Assembly (NCBI GenBank): GCA_038227875.1 | Contig: JBBRPR010000035.1 | Coordinates: 22,336 to 86,335 of the forward strand | Length of the DNA: 64,000 bases | Source: Planctomycetota bacterium | GTDB taxonomy: Bacteria > Planctomycetota > SZUA-567 > H5-PLA8 | Reading direction: 5' to 3' | Shown: positions 48,744 through 59,554 of the stretch, piece after piece | How the letters are laid out: each line of letters opens with the position of its first letter | How positions within the stretch are numbered: the stretch's first letter is position 1 | Program-made: the position numbers and the translations under genes | The notes under the pieces: model-generated | Seen by the model: only the letters and a program-made list of their open reading frames with translations | Told to the model about the DNA's origin: nothing | Databases searched by the model: none

Positions 48744-51700
48744 TCGTGATTGTTTCCGTTGCTTTTCTGAGAGGCGCTCGCAACGTGTTCCGGCTGCGGC
48801 TCCACTGCGTTGCGGCGGCTTTCGCGAACGTACGGAATCGGCGCGCTGACATGGCCCTGCACCGGCGCATGACCAGCGCCCGCCGGACCCACGTGATGCG
48901 AACGGAAAAATGGAACGAGGTCCATCACGTTCATCTGGAACCACTCCATGAGGAGGTAGATCACCGGCGTCACGTAAAGTGTAATGAGCTGGGAGACTAT
49001 CAGACCGCCTACAATGATCAAGCCCAACGGGCGGCGGGAAGCGCCATCGGCGCCAAAACCCATGGCGATGGGCAGCGCGCCCATCAAAGCGGCCAGCGTG
49101 GTCATAATAATCGGGCGGAATCGGTCGACGCTGGCGTCATGAATCGCTTCGATCGTGGTGCGGCCTTCAGCTTTCCGCTGCAGCGCGAAGTCGATCATCA
49201 TGATGCCGTTTTTCTTGACGATGCCCATCAGCATGAAAATGCCGATGGCGGCGTAGAGCGACAAAGTTTCGTTGAAGATGTAGAGCGTCGCCAAGCCGCC
49301 GACCAGTGCCACGGGCAGCGACGAGAGCACCGTGATCGGATGGATGTAGCTTTCGTACAGAATGCCGAGGATCACGTACATGATGAAGAAGGCCAGCGCC
49401 ATTAGTATTTTCAGAGTGCCCATGGTGTCTTCGAAATCTTTGGCCTTACCCTGCAGCGCGCCGCGGATCTGGGGAGGGACTATTTTCGCGGACGCCTGCT
49501 GCAGAAAGTCTGTCGCCTCACCGATGGCGACGCCGGGGGCCAGGTTGAAGAAGATCGTCACCGAGGTGAACTGATTGATGTGATTGACCGATTGCGGGCC
49601 GGTTGTCTGTTTCCAGCGCGTTACGGCCGACAGTGGGACCACGCGCTTTCCGTCGTCGCTGCGGACGTAGAGCAGGCGCAGGTCGTCGGGGTTGGCGCGG
49701 TTCTTGTCTTCGACTTCCATGATGACTTGGTACTGGTCTTCAGGTCGCTTGATCAGGTAGAGGTAGTTCTGCGAATACCCGCGGCGCAGCAGCGCTTCGA
49801 TTTTCGACGCGGAGATGCCATAGGTCGACGCCTGGTCGCGGAGGATTTCGATTTCGAGATTAGGCGTCGAATCGTAGAGGTCGGTGAGGATTGGCTGCGC
49901 GAAGCCGAGGATTTTCTGGCCGTTCTGTTCGACCATGAAGCCCATCATCTCCGCCTTGAGTTTGCGGGAGACGGCGTAGGTTTCTTCCGGGTCGATGCCG
50001 GAAAGCGTGTAGGCGTATTCGCCCTGCAAGTTGGCTGTCGCGCCCGTGCTGATTTGGAGGACCGGCTGCGGATTCATAACGCAGAAGGCCGGCACGGGAC
50101 TCAAGCTGCCCATCAGGTTGTGCGCGACGGCGGTAATCGGCGGCGTCGGAATATCGCCCATCGGCGTTTTCAACGGCGGCCGGTCGGCGGGATCTTTCAA
50201 AAACGCGAGCAGGATGCCCTGGTTGGACTGCAGGAACTGCGAATTGCCGGTCATCGAGAACGTGACGTCGACATTGGGATCGGCCTGCATGATCTTGTCG
50301 GCGGCGGTCTGGTATTCGTGCATCTGAACGTGCGACGTGCCCTGTTGTCCGATCATGAAGCCGAAGATGAACGAGCTGTCGCCGAGCGGCAAGAACGAGC
50401 GCGGCACTGCCGAGTAAAAAAAGCCCGTGCCGATCAGGCAGAAGACCCACGTGAGCGCCGAGATCCACGCATGCTTCAAAAACCACGTCAGCGTGCGCCC
50501 GTAAAACGCGATGGTCGGATCGATGATCGCGTTGGCGAAGCGTTCCATCAGCGTCTTTTTGCCGTGTTCGCCGCGGGCGGAGAGCAGGCGTGCGCACATA
50601 AGTGGTGTGAGCGTCAGCGAGACGATGCCGGAGGCGATGATCGAGACGATGATGGTGACGGCGAATTCGCGGAAGATGCGGCCGACGAGTCCGGACATGA
50701 AGACCAGCGGCAGGAAGACCACCGCCAGCGAAATGGTCATCGAAAGAATCGTGAACGAGATTTCCTTGGCGCTGTTGAGCGTCGCGTCCATCGCGTTTTC
50801 GCCGAGTTCCATGCGGCGGACGGTATTTTCGAGAAAGACGATGGCGTCGTCGACGAGGAAGCCGATCGCCAGCGTCAGCGCCATCAGCGAAAGATTGTCG
50901 AGACTGTAGCCCAGCATCGACATCGCCAGGAACGTCAGCAGCAGCGACAGCGGCAGCGCGATGGAGGGAATCAACGTGTCGGTGGCGCGGCCGAGGAAGA
51001 CGAAGATCACGATCACGACCAGCACGAAAGCGATGATCAGCGTTTCTTCGACGTCGGCGACGGAGTGAACGATGGAGAGCGAGCGGTCATAGATCGGCGC
51101 GAGCTTGATCGAGGGCGGAAGCTGAAGTTCGATCAGCGGCAGAATGTTGCGGACGGACGCGGCGACTTCGACGGCGTTGGCGCCGGCCTGTCGGTAGACG
51201 CCGAGCACCACGGTCGCGGAGGGAATTTCATGACCGCGCGCCCAGAAGTGCATCGAGACGCGCTCGTCGGCGACGGAGTCGGTGGCTTCGGCGACATCGC
51301 GGAGGTAGACGTTCGCACCGTTCTTGCGCGAGATGATCAGGTTGTTGTACTCGGACGCCGATTCGAGCTGCCCCTTCGGCTGCAATAGGAAGGTGCGATT
51401 GGCGCTGTCGAACTGTCCGGCGGCCTGGTAGGTCGTGCCGGCGCCGATGGCGTCGGCGAGGTCATCGATGGTAATGCCGCGGATGGCCATCGCGGACGGA
51501 TCGACCTTAATGCGGATGGCCGACTTGGTGCCGTAAATGTCGACGCGCGAAACACCGGGAAGAATACTGATGCGCTGCGCGACTTGCGTGCTGCCGTAGT
51601 CGTAGAGTTTTCCGGCCGTGACGGAATTGGTGGCCAGCGCGATGTAGAGAATCGCCTGGTCGTTGGGATTGGTCTTCGAAAATGTTGGTGGCGAAGGCAA

Positions 51701-52066
51701 GTCGACAGGGAGTTGTCCCGTTGCCTGCGTGATCGCCGTCTGGACGTCGGTCGCGGCGGCGTCGACGCTTTTATTCAGCGCGAACTGCAGCGTGAAACTG
51801 GAATGCCCCTGCGAACTCTGCGAGGTGACCAGCTCGAGTCCGTTGATCTGCATGAACTGGCGTTCGAGCGGCGTGGCGACGTTGTTGGCCATCGTCGACG
51901 GGCTGGCGCCGGGGTAATTCACCTGCACCTGGATGACGGGATAGTCGACGGCCGGAAGGTCGTTGACCGGCAGGCTCTTGAACGCGATGACGCCGAACAG
52001 GATGACCGACACCGTCAACAGGGTGGTCATCGCCGGTCGGCGAATGAACGGTTCTGAAAGACTCAT
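48740..52066 (-). CDS. RND efflux permease (MdtB/MdtC-like)
   Basis: FIRRP, GFLVDDAIV, GIVKKNGIMMIDFA, RFRPIIMTT motifs. Confidence 0.95.
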   Translation of the reverse strand: MSLSEPFIRRPAMTTLLTVSVILFGVIAFKSLPVNDLPAVDYPVIQVQVNYPGASPSTMANNVATPLERQFMQINGLELVTSQSSQGHSSFTLQFALNKSVDAAATDVQTAITQATGQLPVDLPSPPTFSKTNPNDQAILYIALATNSVTAGKLYDYGSTQVAQRISILPGVSRVDIYGTKSAIRIKVDPSAMAIRGITIDDLADAIGAGTTYQAAGQFDSANRTFLLQPKGQLESASEYNNLIISRKNGANVYLRDVAEATDSVADERVSMHFWARGHEIPSATVVLGVYRQAGANAVEVAASVRNILPLIELQLPPSIKLAPIYDRSLSIVHSVADVEETLIIAFVLVVIVIFVFLGRATDTLIPSIALPLSLLLTFLAMSMLGYSLDNLSLMALTLAIGFLVDDAIVFLENTVRRMELGENAMDATLNSAKEISFTILSMTISLAVVFLPLVFMSGLVGRIFREFAVTIIVSIIASGIVSLTLTPLMCARLLSARGEHGKKTLMERFANAIIDPTIAFYGRTLTWFLKHAWISALTWVFCLIGTGFFYSAVPRSFLPLGDSSFIFGFMIGQQGTSHVQMHEYQTAADKIMQADPNVDVTFSMTGNSQFLQSNQGILLAFLKDPADRPPLKTPMGDIPTPPITAVAHNLMGSLSPVPAFCVMNPQPVLQISTGATANLQGEYAYTLSGIDPEETYAVSRKLKAEMMGFMVEQNGQKILGFAQPILTDLYDSTPNLEIEILRDQASTYGISASKIEALLRRGYSQNYLYLIKRPEDQYQVIMEVEDKNRANPDDLRLLYVRSDDGKRVVPLSAVTRWKQTTGPQSVNHINQFTSVTIFFNLAPGVAIGEATDFLQQASAKIVPPQIRGALQGKAKDFEDTMGTLKILMALAFFIMYVILGILYESYIHPITVLSSLPVALVGGLATLYIFNETLSLYAAIGIFMLMGIVKKNGIMMIDFALQRKAEGRTTIEAIHDASVDRFRPIIMTTLAALMGALPIAMGFGADGASRRPLGLIIVGGLIVSQLITLYVTPVIYLLMEWFQMNVMDLVPFFRSHHVGPAGAGHAPVQGHVSAPIPYVRESRRNAVEPQPEHVASASQKSNGNNHE

Positions 52067-53478
52067 TTTTTGGCGTCCCCGCCCTTCGAGTTGGGGTTGG
52101 GGTCGCTCGATTCCGCTGCGTCACCGTCCTTGGCGACTTTGATTTCTGCCGCCTTGCCTTTGCCATCCGGCGCGGGAGCCGCCACCACGGCCGCACCGCT
52201 CTGCACGGCGACCTTCACGCCGGGGTAGAGCATCATCTGCCCGGTGACGATCACGTCTTCATTGCCGGCGACGCCTTCATTGATCACGACCTGATCGTCG
52301 TGGCGCTGGCCGAGTTTCACCGGGCGCAGTTCGGCGGTGGAATCGGCTTTCACCACGTAGACGAACGGACCCGTCTGCGCGATTTGCGTGGCGACGTTGG
52401 GAATCAACACGGCGTCTTTTTTGGTGCCGAGCAGCAGGCGAATATTCACGAACTGGCCCGGCCAGAACATGCGGTCGGGATTGGGCACGACCGCGCGGAG
52501 ATTGATGGTGCCAGAGCCTTCCAGCACAGCGTTGTCAAGGAAGGACAGATCGCCGACACGCATGCTCTTGGAGTCGGGAATTTGCGTCTCCACCTTGAGT
52601 TGCGCGGCCGCCATGCTGTTGCGGACGTTGGCGAGTTCGGTTTCGGGAATCGTGAAGTCGGCGTAGATGGGATCGAGACGCTGAATCACGACCAGCGTCG
52701 GCGCGTTCATGGTCTGGACGACATTGCCCACATCGACGAGCCGCTGACCGCAGCGGCCGTCGATCGGCGAGGTGATGGTCGTGTATTCAAGATTGATCTC
52801 GGACGTCCGGATCGCCGCTTCGCTGGCGGCGATGCGCGCCTTGGCCATGGCGATGGCAGCGACGCCCTGGTTGAGCTGCGCCTCGGTGACCGACACGGAC
52901 GCGCCCATGGCGCGGACCTGCGATTCTCCGACGGTCTGCGCCATTTCCTTGGAATCGAATTCCTGCTTGGAAACGGCGTTCTGGTCGAGCAGATTTTTGG
53001 CGCGCTTGGCCTCGATTTCGTTCAGCGACTGGCGGTTCTTGGCCATGGCCATGTTAGCCTGCGCTTCTTCCAACTGCGCTTGATTCTGTTTCAGCGACGC
53101 TTCAGCCTGGGTAAGTCCGGCCTTATTCAACGTCAGATCGGCCTTGGCCTGCTCCAATTGCGCCTGAAACGGTCGCGGATCAATGGTGAAAAGCTTGTCG
53201 CCCTTCTTGACTTCGGCACCGTCCTTGAAAAATATTTCAATGATTCGCCCAGCGACCTGCGGTTGAATCGAAACGATTTCGGGCGCGGCGCACTTTCCGA
53301 TCTCGTCGATATAGATCGGCACGTCTTTGGCAACAGACTTCGTGGCGGTAACCGACGGCGGCGGCCGCTGCTGCATCTGCGGCGGCCCCTTTTTTTCACA
53401 TCCTGCCACAATCAGCAGAACAGCGGCGGCGCTGAGAAGCAACGGAGCGCGCAGAGTTTTAATGAGGGACGGTTTCAC
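52063..53478 (-). CDS. RND periplasmic adaptor (MFP)
   Basis: GDKLFTIDPRPF, ITSPIDGR, WPGQFV motifs; SD AAAGGA before GTG 53478. Confidence 0.93.
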   Translation of the reverse strand: MKPSLIKTLRAPLLLSAAAVLLIVAGCEKKGPPQMQQRPPPSVTATKSVAKDVPIYIDEIGKCAAPEIVSIQPQVAGRIIEIFFKDGAEVKKGDKLFTIDPRPFQAQLEQAKADLTLNKAGLTQAEASLKQNQAQLEEAQANMAMAKNRQSLNEIEAKRAKNLLDQNAVSKQEFDSKEMAQTVGESQVRAMGASVSVTEAQLNQGVAAIAMAKARIAASEAAIRTSEINLEYTTITSPIDGRCGQRLVDVGNVVQTMNAPTLVVIQRLDPIYADFTIPETELANVRNSMAAAQLKVETQIPDSKSMRVGDLSFLDNAVLEGSGTINLRAVVPNPDRMFWPGQFVNIRLLLGTKKDAVLIPNVATQIAQTGPFVYVVKADSTAELRPVKLGQRHDDQVVINEGVAGNEDVIVTGQMMLYPGVKVAVQSGAAVVAAPAPDGKGKAAEIKVAKDGDAAESSDPNPNSKGGDAKK

Positions 53479-53546
53479 GAGACATCCTTTCAAAACAACG
53501 CTAAGTGCGCACTTACTCACATATCCCTAACACGCCCGTCAGGCCC

Positions 53547-54227
53547 TCAATTGGGTGAGAGCAAAGCCAGGGCCTTGGGGTTGTAAAACCGTTCCACCGC
53601 CTCATCTCGTAACCCCAAGCCGGTCAGGCAGAAGACCACAGCATCCTCGGCGAACTTCTCTTTACTCACTTTGTAATTTACGGTCGGCTTATCGGAAATA
53701 TGCATAAAGCCGAGCATCAAGACCAGGTGCTGGGTCAGCCACGCTCCGGACTTAAGGTGCGCACAGTCCGGACGCATATCGCCAGCTTTTTCAGCGGCCG
53801 CGAGACATTCGCGGAGCTTGGGAACAAAGGTGCTGCCGATGTGATCGAGAAAGACGCGCGCAAATTCGCCATCTTCGCTCAAACTGCGCAGCAACAGCCG
53901 GTGAAAATCATTCGTTTCATCGGAACTCAGCAGCTTGGAAAAGAGAAAGTGGAGCATCACGGTAAGCGTCGATGTCGACGGTTCAAGCGCCAGCAGTTTA
54001 TGGTAACCGGCGGAGATCTCCGTCTTATGGCATTCGTCGAGCATGGCCGCGTAGATCGCGGCCTTATTGGGGAAGTGCTTGAACAGCAGCGCCTCGGAAA
54101 CATCGGCGGCGCCGGCGAGTTCACGCGTGGTCGTGCCGTGGAAGCCCTTTTCGGCGAAAATCGTGCGGGCCGCATCGATGATCGAATCGCGTCGGGCTTC
54201 AAAAGAGAGTCTCGTCTTCTGTTTCAC
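53547..54227 (-). CDS. TetR/AcrR-family regulator
   Basis: FAEKGFHGTTTRELA...VSEALLFKHFPNK HTH. Confidence 0.95.
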   Translation of the reverse strand: MKQKTRLSFEARRDSIIDAARTIFAEKGFHGTTTRELAGAADVSEALLFKHFPNKAAIYAAMLDECHKTEISAGYHKLLALEPSTSTLTVMLHFLFSKLLSSDETNDFHRLLLRSLSEDGEFARVFLDHIGSTFVPKLRECLAAAEKAGDMRPDCAHLKSGAWLTQHLVLMLGFMHISDKPTVNYKVSKEKFAEDAVVFCLTGLGLRDEAVERFYNPKALALLSPN

Positions 54228-54238
54228 ATCTCCCTATG

Positions 54239-54256
54239 TAAGCGAACACTCACTTA
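54239..54256. promoter_or_regulatory. Putative TetR operator (second copy at 53502-53519)
   Basis: TAAGCGAACACTCACTTA and TAAGTGCGCACTTACTCA are 13/18 identical imperfect palindromes; the first abuts a TTGACT -35. Confidence 0.6.
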
Positions 54257-54450
54257 AGTCAAGAACGGATTCAACTTCCATTTTCCATTGAAAGGCCGGG
54301 TGCGCTGCTTCGTCCGCCAGCGCGATGGAAAATGGAAAGACGCCCTTACCCGGTTCCATATGGTAATGACACAAGATCTGGATATGATTCCAATTGATCA
54401 GTGTGGTGATTTTAATTTGGCAGTCGGATTAATCTCCCCCAGGGCGCGCC

Positions 54451-56673
54451 ATGCCGACGATTGGGTTCCTGAGTACAGCCCTCTACGACGAATACCTGAT
54501 TCAATTGATGAGCGGCGCGCAGGAAGCGGCGACGCAGAACGGTTGCAACTTCATCGGTTTGGTTTCGCACGGGCAACATGCGTTCCTGAAGATGGCCAGC
54601 GCGCGGCGCTTTGACGGCCTGGTCTTCCCCACTCACTATCTATGCTGGAACAAAACCCTGCCGCAGGTGAGCGAGTACGTTCGTTCGTATAATGTTCCCG
54701 CGGTTTCCATCGGCATCGCGCTGGAGGGTGTGCCAAGCGTTACGATCGACAACTCCACGGGTTTTTACGCGCAAGTCGTGCACCTGATCAAGGACCACGG
54801 GTTCCGCAAGTTCGCGTTCTTCGCGGGGCCGACGTGGAATCCCGAAGCAGAAGTACGGCTGGCGGCATTTCGGCGCGCGCTGGCCGACCATAATGTTCCG
54901 TATGATCCCTCTTTGCACTACTTTACCGAGTGGGGACATCGCCAGGCCGAAGGTCTGATCGCGCAGTTGCTGGCCTCAGGAAAGAAACCCGACGCCATTG
55001 TCTGCTCCAACGATCAGCAGGCGTGCGATGCGCTGCACGCACTGGCGGCGCATGGTTTGAAAGTGCCGCGGGATTTTGCCGTCGTGGGGTTCGACGACGC
55101 TGCCGAAAGCAAACACGCCTCGCCGCCGCTCACGACCGTGCGCCAGCCCATCTTCGAACTCGGCGGCACCGCGGTGAACCTGCTGCGGAGGATGCTCAAC
55201 GGCGAAACGGTTCCGGCCGAGACGCGGCTCGATACGGTCTTCATCGTGCGCCAATCCTGCGGCTGTCTGCCGGTCGACGTGAAGCAGGCAGTGACCAACT
55301 GGCGCATGGAACGCGGGACCAGCCGCGAATTGGAAAGCGCGCGCGCCAAGGTCGTCTCCGAAACGCAGACGCTGTTCAATCTGCCGGAGTCCGATCACAC
55401 CCTGAAGTGGGCCAACGAACTGTTCGACGCGTTCACCTCCAATTTGACCTCCGACGCGACGCAGGTATTCGTCAACGTGCTGGACCAGATGGCGCGCGGC
55501 GATTCCGAAGGCGAGGACCGCGACCTGCTGGTGTGGCAGGCGATGATTTCGATTATCCGGCGAAATGTGCTGCCGCTGATTCCCGAACGCGAGCAGATTT
55601 TGAAGGCGGAAAATCTCTTCCACCAGGGCCGCGTGATCGTGGCCAGCGCCACTGCTCTGTCGATCGTGATGAAGTCGCGCCGCGCCGGCATGTACCTCTG
55701 GAAACTGATGGCCGATAATGAACAGCTGAGCGCGTGCGATTCCGTCGAGACGTTCCTGAATGTCTTCTCTTCGACGCTGCAGTACATCGGCGTCGAGCGC
55801 TGTTATGTGGTCCTGTCGCGCAACCGGGAGTTTGGCGGCGAAGGCGAAGTGCTGTTCGAATTTCACAAGCATCACGGGAAGCAGCCGGCCGAATCTCGCG
55901 TGTTCAACATGGAGGAAGTGGTGCCACGGGACATGCTCGCCGATCCGTTCAATGTCATCGTTCAGCCCATATTCTCGCGCACGGGGTTGCTGGGTTATAT
56001 CGTGATTGAAATGGAGGCGTTCTACCCGCAGGTGATGCTCGACGTCCGCCGCCAATGCAGCATGTCGCTTAACAGTGTCGTGATGCTACGCGAAATGAAG
56101 GAGCAGAATTACAAACTCGAAGCGGAGATCAAGGCGCGCCAGGAGATTGAGAAGGAACTGGAATTTCGCGCCTTCCACGACGCGCTGACGAAACTGCCCA
56201 ACCGCGCGCTGTTTCTCGACCGCCTCCGGCAGGCGCAGGCGCTGGCGGAACGGAAGAACGATTTTATATTCGCGGTGCTCTTCGTGGATCTTGACGGTTT
56301 CAAACGCGCCAACGATTCGCTGGGCCACGAAGCCGGCGACGAAATCCTGATCGGCGCCGCGACGCGCCTGCGCGGCTGCGTACGTTCCGTCGATACGCTC
56401 GCGCGCCTCGGTGGTGACGAATTCACCATCCTGCTTCATGACATCCGCAGCAAAGAAGACGCAGCCGTCGTTGCACAGCGCGTGTTGGAGGAACTGAGCC
56501 GGCCCTTCACCATCAAAGGCCAGACTCCGGCGATCTCTGCCAGCATCGGCATCGCCCTGAACGACGGCAACGCACCCTCCGACATGATCCTGCAAAACGC
56601 GGACGTGGCCATGTACCGCGCGAAGAACGCGGGCAAGGGACGCTTTGCGTTCTTCGGAGATCGCGTGTTGTAG
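54451..56673 (+). CDS. Diguanylate cyclase with LacI-type sugar-binding domain
   Basis: PDAIVCSNDQQA, VVGFDD, PPLTTVRQP; DLDGFK and ARLGGDEF motifs. Confidence 0.92.
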   Translation: MPTIGFLSTALYDEYLIQLMSGAQEAATQNGCNFIGLVSHGQHAFLKMASARRFDGLVFPTHYLCWNKTLPQVSEYVRSYNVPAVSIGIALEGVPSVTIDNSTGFYAQVVHLIKDHGFRKFAFFAGPTWNPEAEVRLAAFRRALADHNVPYDPSLHYFTEWGHRQAEGLIAQLLASGKKPDAIVCSNDQQACDALHALAAHGLKVPRDFAVVGFDDAAESKHASPPLTTVRQPIFELGGTAVNLLRRMLNGETVPAETRLDTVFIVRQSCGCLPVDVKQAVTNWRMERGTSRELESARAKVVSETQTLFNLPESDHTLKWANELFDAFTSNLTSDATQVFVNVLDQMARGDSEGEDRDLLVWQAMISIIRRNVLPLIPEREQILKAENLFHQGRVIVASATALSIVMKSRRAGMYLWKLMADNEQLSACDSVETFLNVFSSTLQYIGVERCYVVLSRNREFGGEGEVLFEFHKHHGKQPAESRVFNMEEVVPRDMLADPFNVIVQPIFSRTGLLGYIVIEMEAFYPQVMLDVRRQCSMSLNSVVMLREMKEQNYKLEAEIKARQEIEKELEFRAFHDALTKLPNRALFLDRLRQAQALAERKNDFIFAVLFVDLDGFKRANDSLGHEAGDEILIGAATRLRGCVRSVDTLARLGGDEFTILLHDIRSKEDAAVVAQRVLEELSRPFTIKGQTPAISASIGIALNDGNAPSDMILQNADVAMYRAKNAGKGRFAFFGDRVL

Positions 56674-56681
56674 GCTCGACT

Positions 56682-56756
56682 GCCGGGAATCGGGATTCGG
56701 GATTCGCCGAATGCAGACGCGCGGCTAATCCCGATTCCGGAATCCCGAATCCCGGC
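56682..56756. repeat. Heptamer-built inverted repeat between convergent genes
   Basis: (GGGAWTC)3 ... (GAATCCC)n. Confidence 0.85.
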
Positions 56757-56761
56757 CGTGC

Positions 56762-57607
56762 TCACACCACCCACCCTGAATTCTGCCTGCGATAGACTTT
56801 GGGCGGCACGCCCGTGTTCGCTTTAAACTCACGGCTAAAGTGGTACGGATTCTGAAAGCCCGTGGCGGCAGCGATTTCGAAGATGGGTTGATCGGTGGTG
56901 ATCAACAGCTGTTGCGCTTCTTTGACGCGGACGGTCTTGACGTAGTCCATCGGCGAGAGGCGCATGTGTTCGCGGAAGTACGAATGGAAACGCGAGCGCG
57001 ACAGTCGCGCGACGCGGGCCAGGTCATCGATGCTCACCGGTTCGGCGAAATGGTCGCGGACGAAAGAGAGCACCGGCGCAAGTCGCTCGGCCTGCCGCAA
57101 AAACGCCTCGCCGAATTCGCTCAGCGGCGCCGCTTCACAGAGCAGACGCAACGCGCGGAAGCCCAGTTCATTACGTAGCGCCAGCGCGGTCAGATTGTTG
57201 TGCGGTGAGCGCTGCAACTTCAAAAGCTCCGAAATAAGCGCGCCGAATTCGCGGCCCAGGCGCGGCCCGACGTTGGGTGGCAGCGCCAGCAGCGAAACGA
57301 AGTCGACGGTGGTGAAGAGCAGGAATTCGGCATGCAGCCAGTGCGCGTGCATTTCGCCGCCTCGGTTCGCGGCGTGGTGAATGATTTCCAGCGGCTGGCC
57401 TGTTGTCGCCAGAAATGCTTCCTGCTCGCCGGAGAACGAATTCACGCCCAGCGAATTCACTTCGTAACGGCCGAGCAGCGGCTGCGCGATAATCGTGCAC
57501 GGCGCGGTCTTGCGGTGGACGTAACCGTCCTTGAATTGAAGGAAGGTCCCCGCTTCCATAAAGACGATGCTCACGGCACTCTGGGGTATTTTATCAAGCA
57601 CGGCCAT
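56762..57607 (-). CDS. AraC-family regulator
   Basis: IAAATGFQNPYHFSREFK HTH. Confidence 0.92.
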   Translation of the reverse strand: MAVLDKIPQSAVSIVFMEAGTFLQFKDGYVHRKTAPCTIIAQPLLGRYEVNSLGVNSFSGEQEAFLATTGQPLEIIHHAANRGGEMHAHWLHAEFLLFTTVDFVSLLALPPNVGPRLGREFGALISELLKLQRSPHNNLTALALRNELGFRALRLLCEAAPLSEFGEAFLRQAERLAPVLSFVRDHFAEPVSIDDLARVARLSRSRFHSYFREHMRLSPMDYVKTVRVKEAQQLLITTDQPIFEIAAATGFQNPYHFSREFKANTGVPPKVYRRQNSGWVV

Positions 57608-57740
57608 CTATGGTGTTTCCGGACGATAAATTTCATTGATAGGACTTATGGATATCTTTTTCGAATTTCCAGCCATTTCAAGCGGCAATCCGAGGATGTA
57701 GAGTTTCCTTGTCGAACGTAGACCTCTGGAGAAACCTCAC

Positions 57741-58568
57741 ATGCGATTCGGAACGTACATCGGAGATGTTAAGAGCGCCGAGGAGCAAGCCGCGAAGGCC
57801 CGGCTGTTTGGCTATACGGCGATGGGCGTGCACGCGGAGTTCGCAAAAGACGACGATGGCGTGAAGCACTACCGCGACGTCGCGAAGAGATTTGAGCTGG
57901 TGCTGGCGGAAGTCGGGGCGTGGAGCAACCCCATCAGCCCGCTACCCGACAAGCGCCGCGAAGGCCTGGAGCTTTGCAAGAAGCACCTCGCGCTCGCCGA
58001 TGCGCTGGGCGCCCGCTGTTGCGTCAACATCGCCGGTTCGCGCGGCTTGAAATGGGACGGCCCCCATCCCGCGAATCTCACCCGCGAAACGTTCGATCTG
58101 ATTGTCGCCTCGGTGCGCGAGATCATCGACGCTGTGAAGCCGACGCGCACTTTCTATACGCTGGAAACCATGCCGTGGATGTATCCGGATTCCGTCGAAT
58201 CCTACGTCGCGCTGGTCAAGGCGATCGATCGGCCGGCGTTTGCCGTACATTTCGATCCGGTCAATCTCATCGCCAGCCCGCAGTTGGTCTACACCTCCGG
58301 CGCGCTAATCCGCGACTTCGTCGCAAAGCTGGGCTCCAAGATCCGCAGCGTCCATGTGAAGGACATCAAGATCAATGAAAACCTGACCGTCCATCTCGAC
58401 GAATGCCGTCCCGGCCTGGGCGTGCTCGACCACCCCACCCTCTTCCAGGAATTGTCGAAGCTCGACGCGGATCTTCCCGTGATCATGGAGCACCTGCCCG
58501 AAGAAGAGTTTCCACTCGCTGCCAAATACCTGCGCAGCGCGGCCGCCAGCGTGGGAGTTTCACTATGA
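57741..58568 (+). CDS. Sugar phosphate isomerase/epimerase (AP_endonuc_2 TIM barrel)
   Basis: LETMPW, HFDPVN, HVKD and MEH metal-binding motifs. Confidence 0.88.
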   Translation: MRFGTYIGDVKSAEEQAAKARLFGYTAMGVHAEFAKDDDGVKHYRDVAKRFELVLAEVGAWSNPISPLPDKRREGLELCKKHLALADALGARCCVNIAGSRGLKWDGPHPANLTRETFDLIVASVREIIDAVKPTRTFYTLETMPWMYPDSVESYVALVKAIDRPAFAVHFDPVNLIASPQLVYTSGALIRDFVAKLGSKIRSVHVKDIKINENLTVHLDECRPGLGVLDHPTLFQELSKLDADLPVIMEHLPEEEFPLAAKYLRSAAASVGVSL

Positions 58569-59554
58569 AAGAATTTGAAATCGCCATCACCGCCAACGAA
58601 CGTGCCGAGCTGCTGCCGCTGCGCGAAAGCGAAGCCCATCCCGGCGGGACGCTGGGGGAAAACGACGTTGCCGGCCACACGCTGGTCTCCGCCGTGAGTC
58701 CCGGCACGGAGCTCTCGTGGGCCTTTACCGGGAAGAATTTCCCGGCGTATCCCGGGTATGCCTCCGTGATCAAAGTCGAGGCCGTCGGTTCGAAGGTGAC
58801 CGACATTCAGCCCGGCGATGCGGTCTTCACCATGGGCAATCACCGCTCGTTCCAGCGCCACGGCCGCAAAGGCGTCGTGAAAATTCCAGCAGGGCTCGAT
58901 CCGGCCAAAGCAGTGCTCACGCGATTGATGAATGTGAGCATGTCGACGCTGGTCACCACCACCGCGCGTCCTCCGTCAACCGTGCTGATCAGCGGCCTGG
59001 GCCCGGTCGGCAATCTCGCGGCGCAAATTTTTCATGCCAGCGGTTACCGCGTGGTCGGTTGCGATCCGGTGGAATGGCGGCGCAATCTGCTCGCGCAATC
59101 CGGCGTCGCAGTGCTTCCGGGAATTCCCTTCGCTGATGCCAACTATGTCGACAAGGTCGATCTGGTCGTCGACTGTTCCGGTCACGAAGCCGCGGTGCTC
59201 GACGCCTGCAAAACCGTCCGCAGGCGCGGCGAAGTTGTGCTGGTCGGCGTGCCCTGGCGGCAGCGCACGGATCTGACGGCGCAGGCGCTGCTGAGCGCGG
59301 TGTTTCACCGTTACGTGGTGCTGCGCAGCGGCTGGGAATGGGAGCTGCCGATGGAATCGACGGAGTACCGGCCCGGCAGCATCATGCAAAACCTCGCCGC
59401 GGGATTGGACTGGATTGCCGCCGGCAAGATTCGCGTCGAAGGCTTCGCCGACAAAGCATCGCCCGCAGACGCACATCGCGTCTACACGGAGCTGTTGCAC
59501 CAGCGTACGCAAACACTGACAACGGTGTTCAACTGGAGCGGAGTGGCGAGGTAG
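58565..59554 (+). CDS. MDR-family (zinc-binding-type) dehydrogenase
   Basis: VSPGTE, PGY, GLGPVG, DCSG motifs; ATGA overlap. Confidence 0.85.
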   Translation: MKEFEIAITANERAELLPLRESEAHPGGTLGENDVAGHTLVSAVSPGTELSWAFTGKNFPAYPGYASVIKVEAVGSKVTDIQPGDAVFTMGNHRSFQRHGRKGVVKIPAGLDPAKAVLTRLMNVSMSTLVTTTARPPSTVLISGLGPVGNLAAQIFHASGYRVVGCDPVEWRRNLLAQSGVAVLPGIPFADANYVDKVDLVVDCSGHEAAVLDACKTVRRRGEVVLVGVPWRQRTDLTAQALLSAVFHRYVVLRSGWEWELPMESTEYRPGSIMQNLAAGLDWIAAGKIRVEGFADKASPADAHRVYTELLHQRTQTLTTVFNWSGVAR

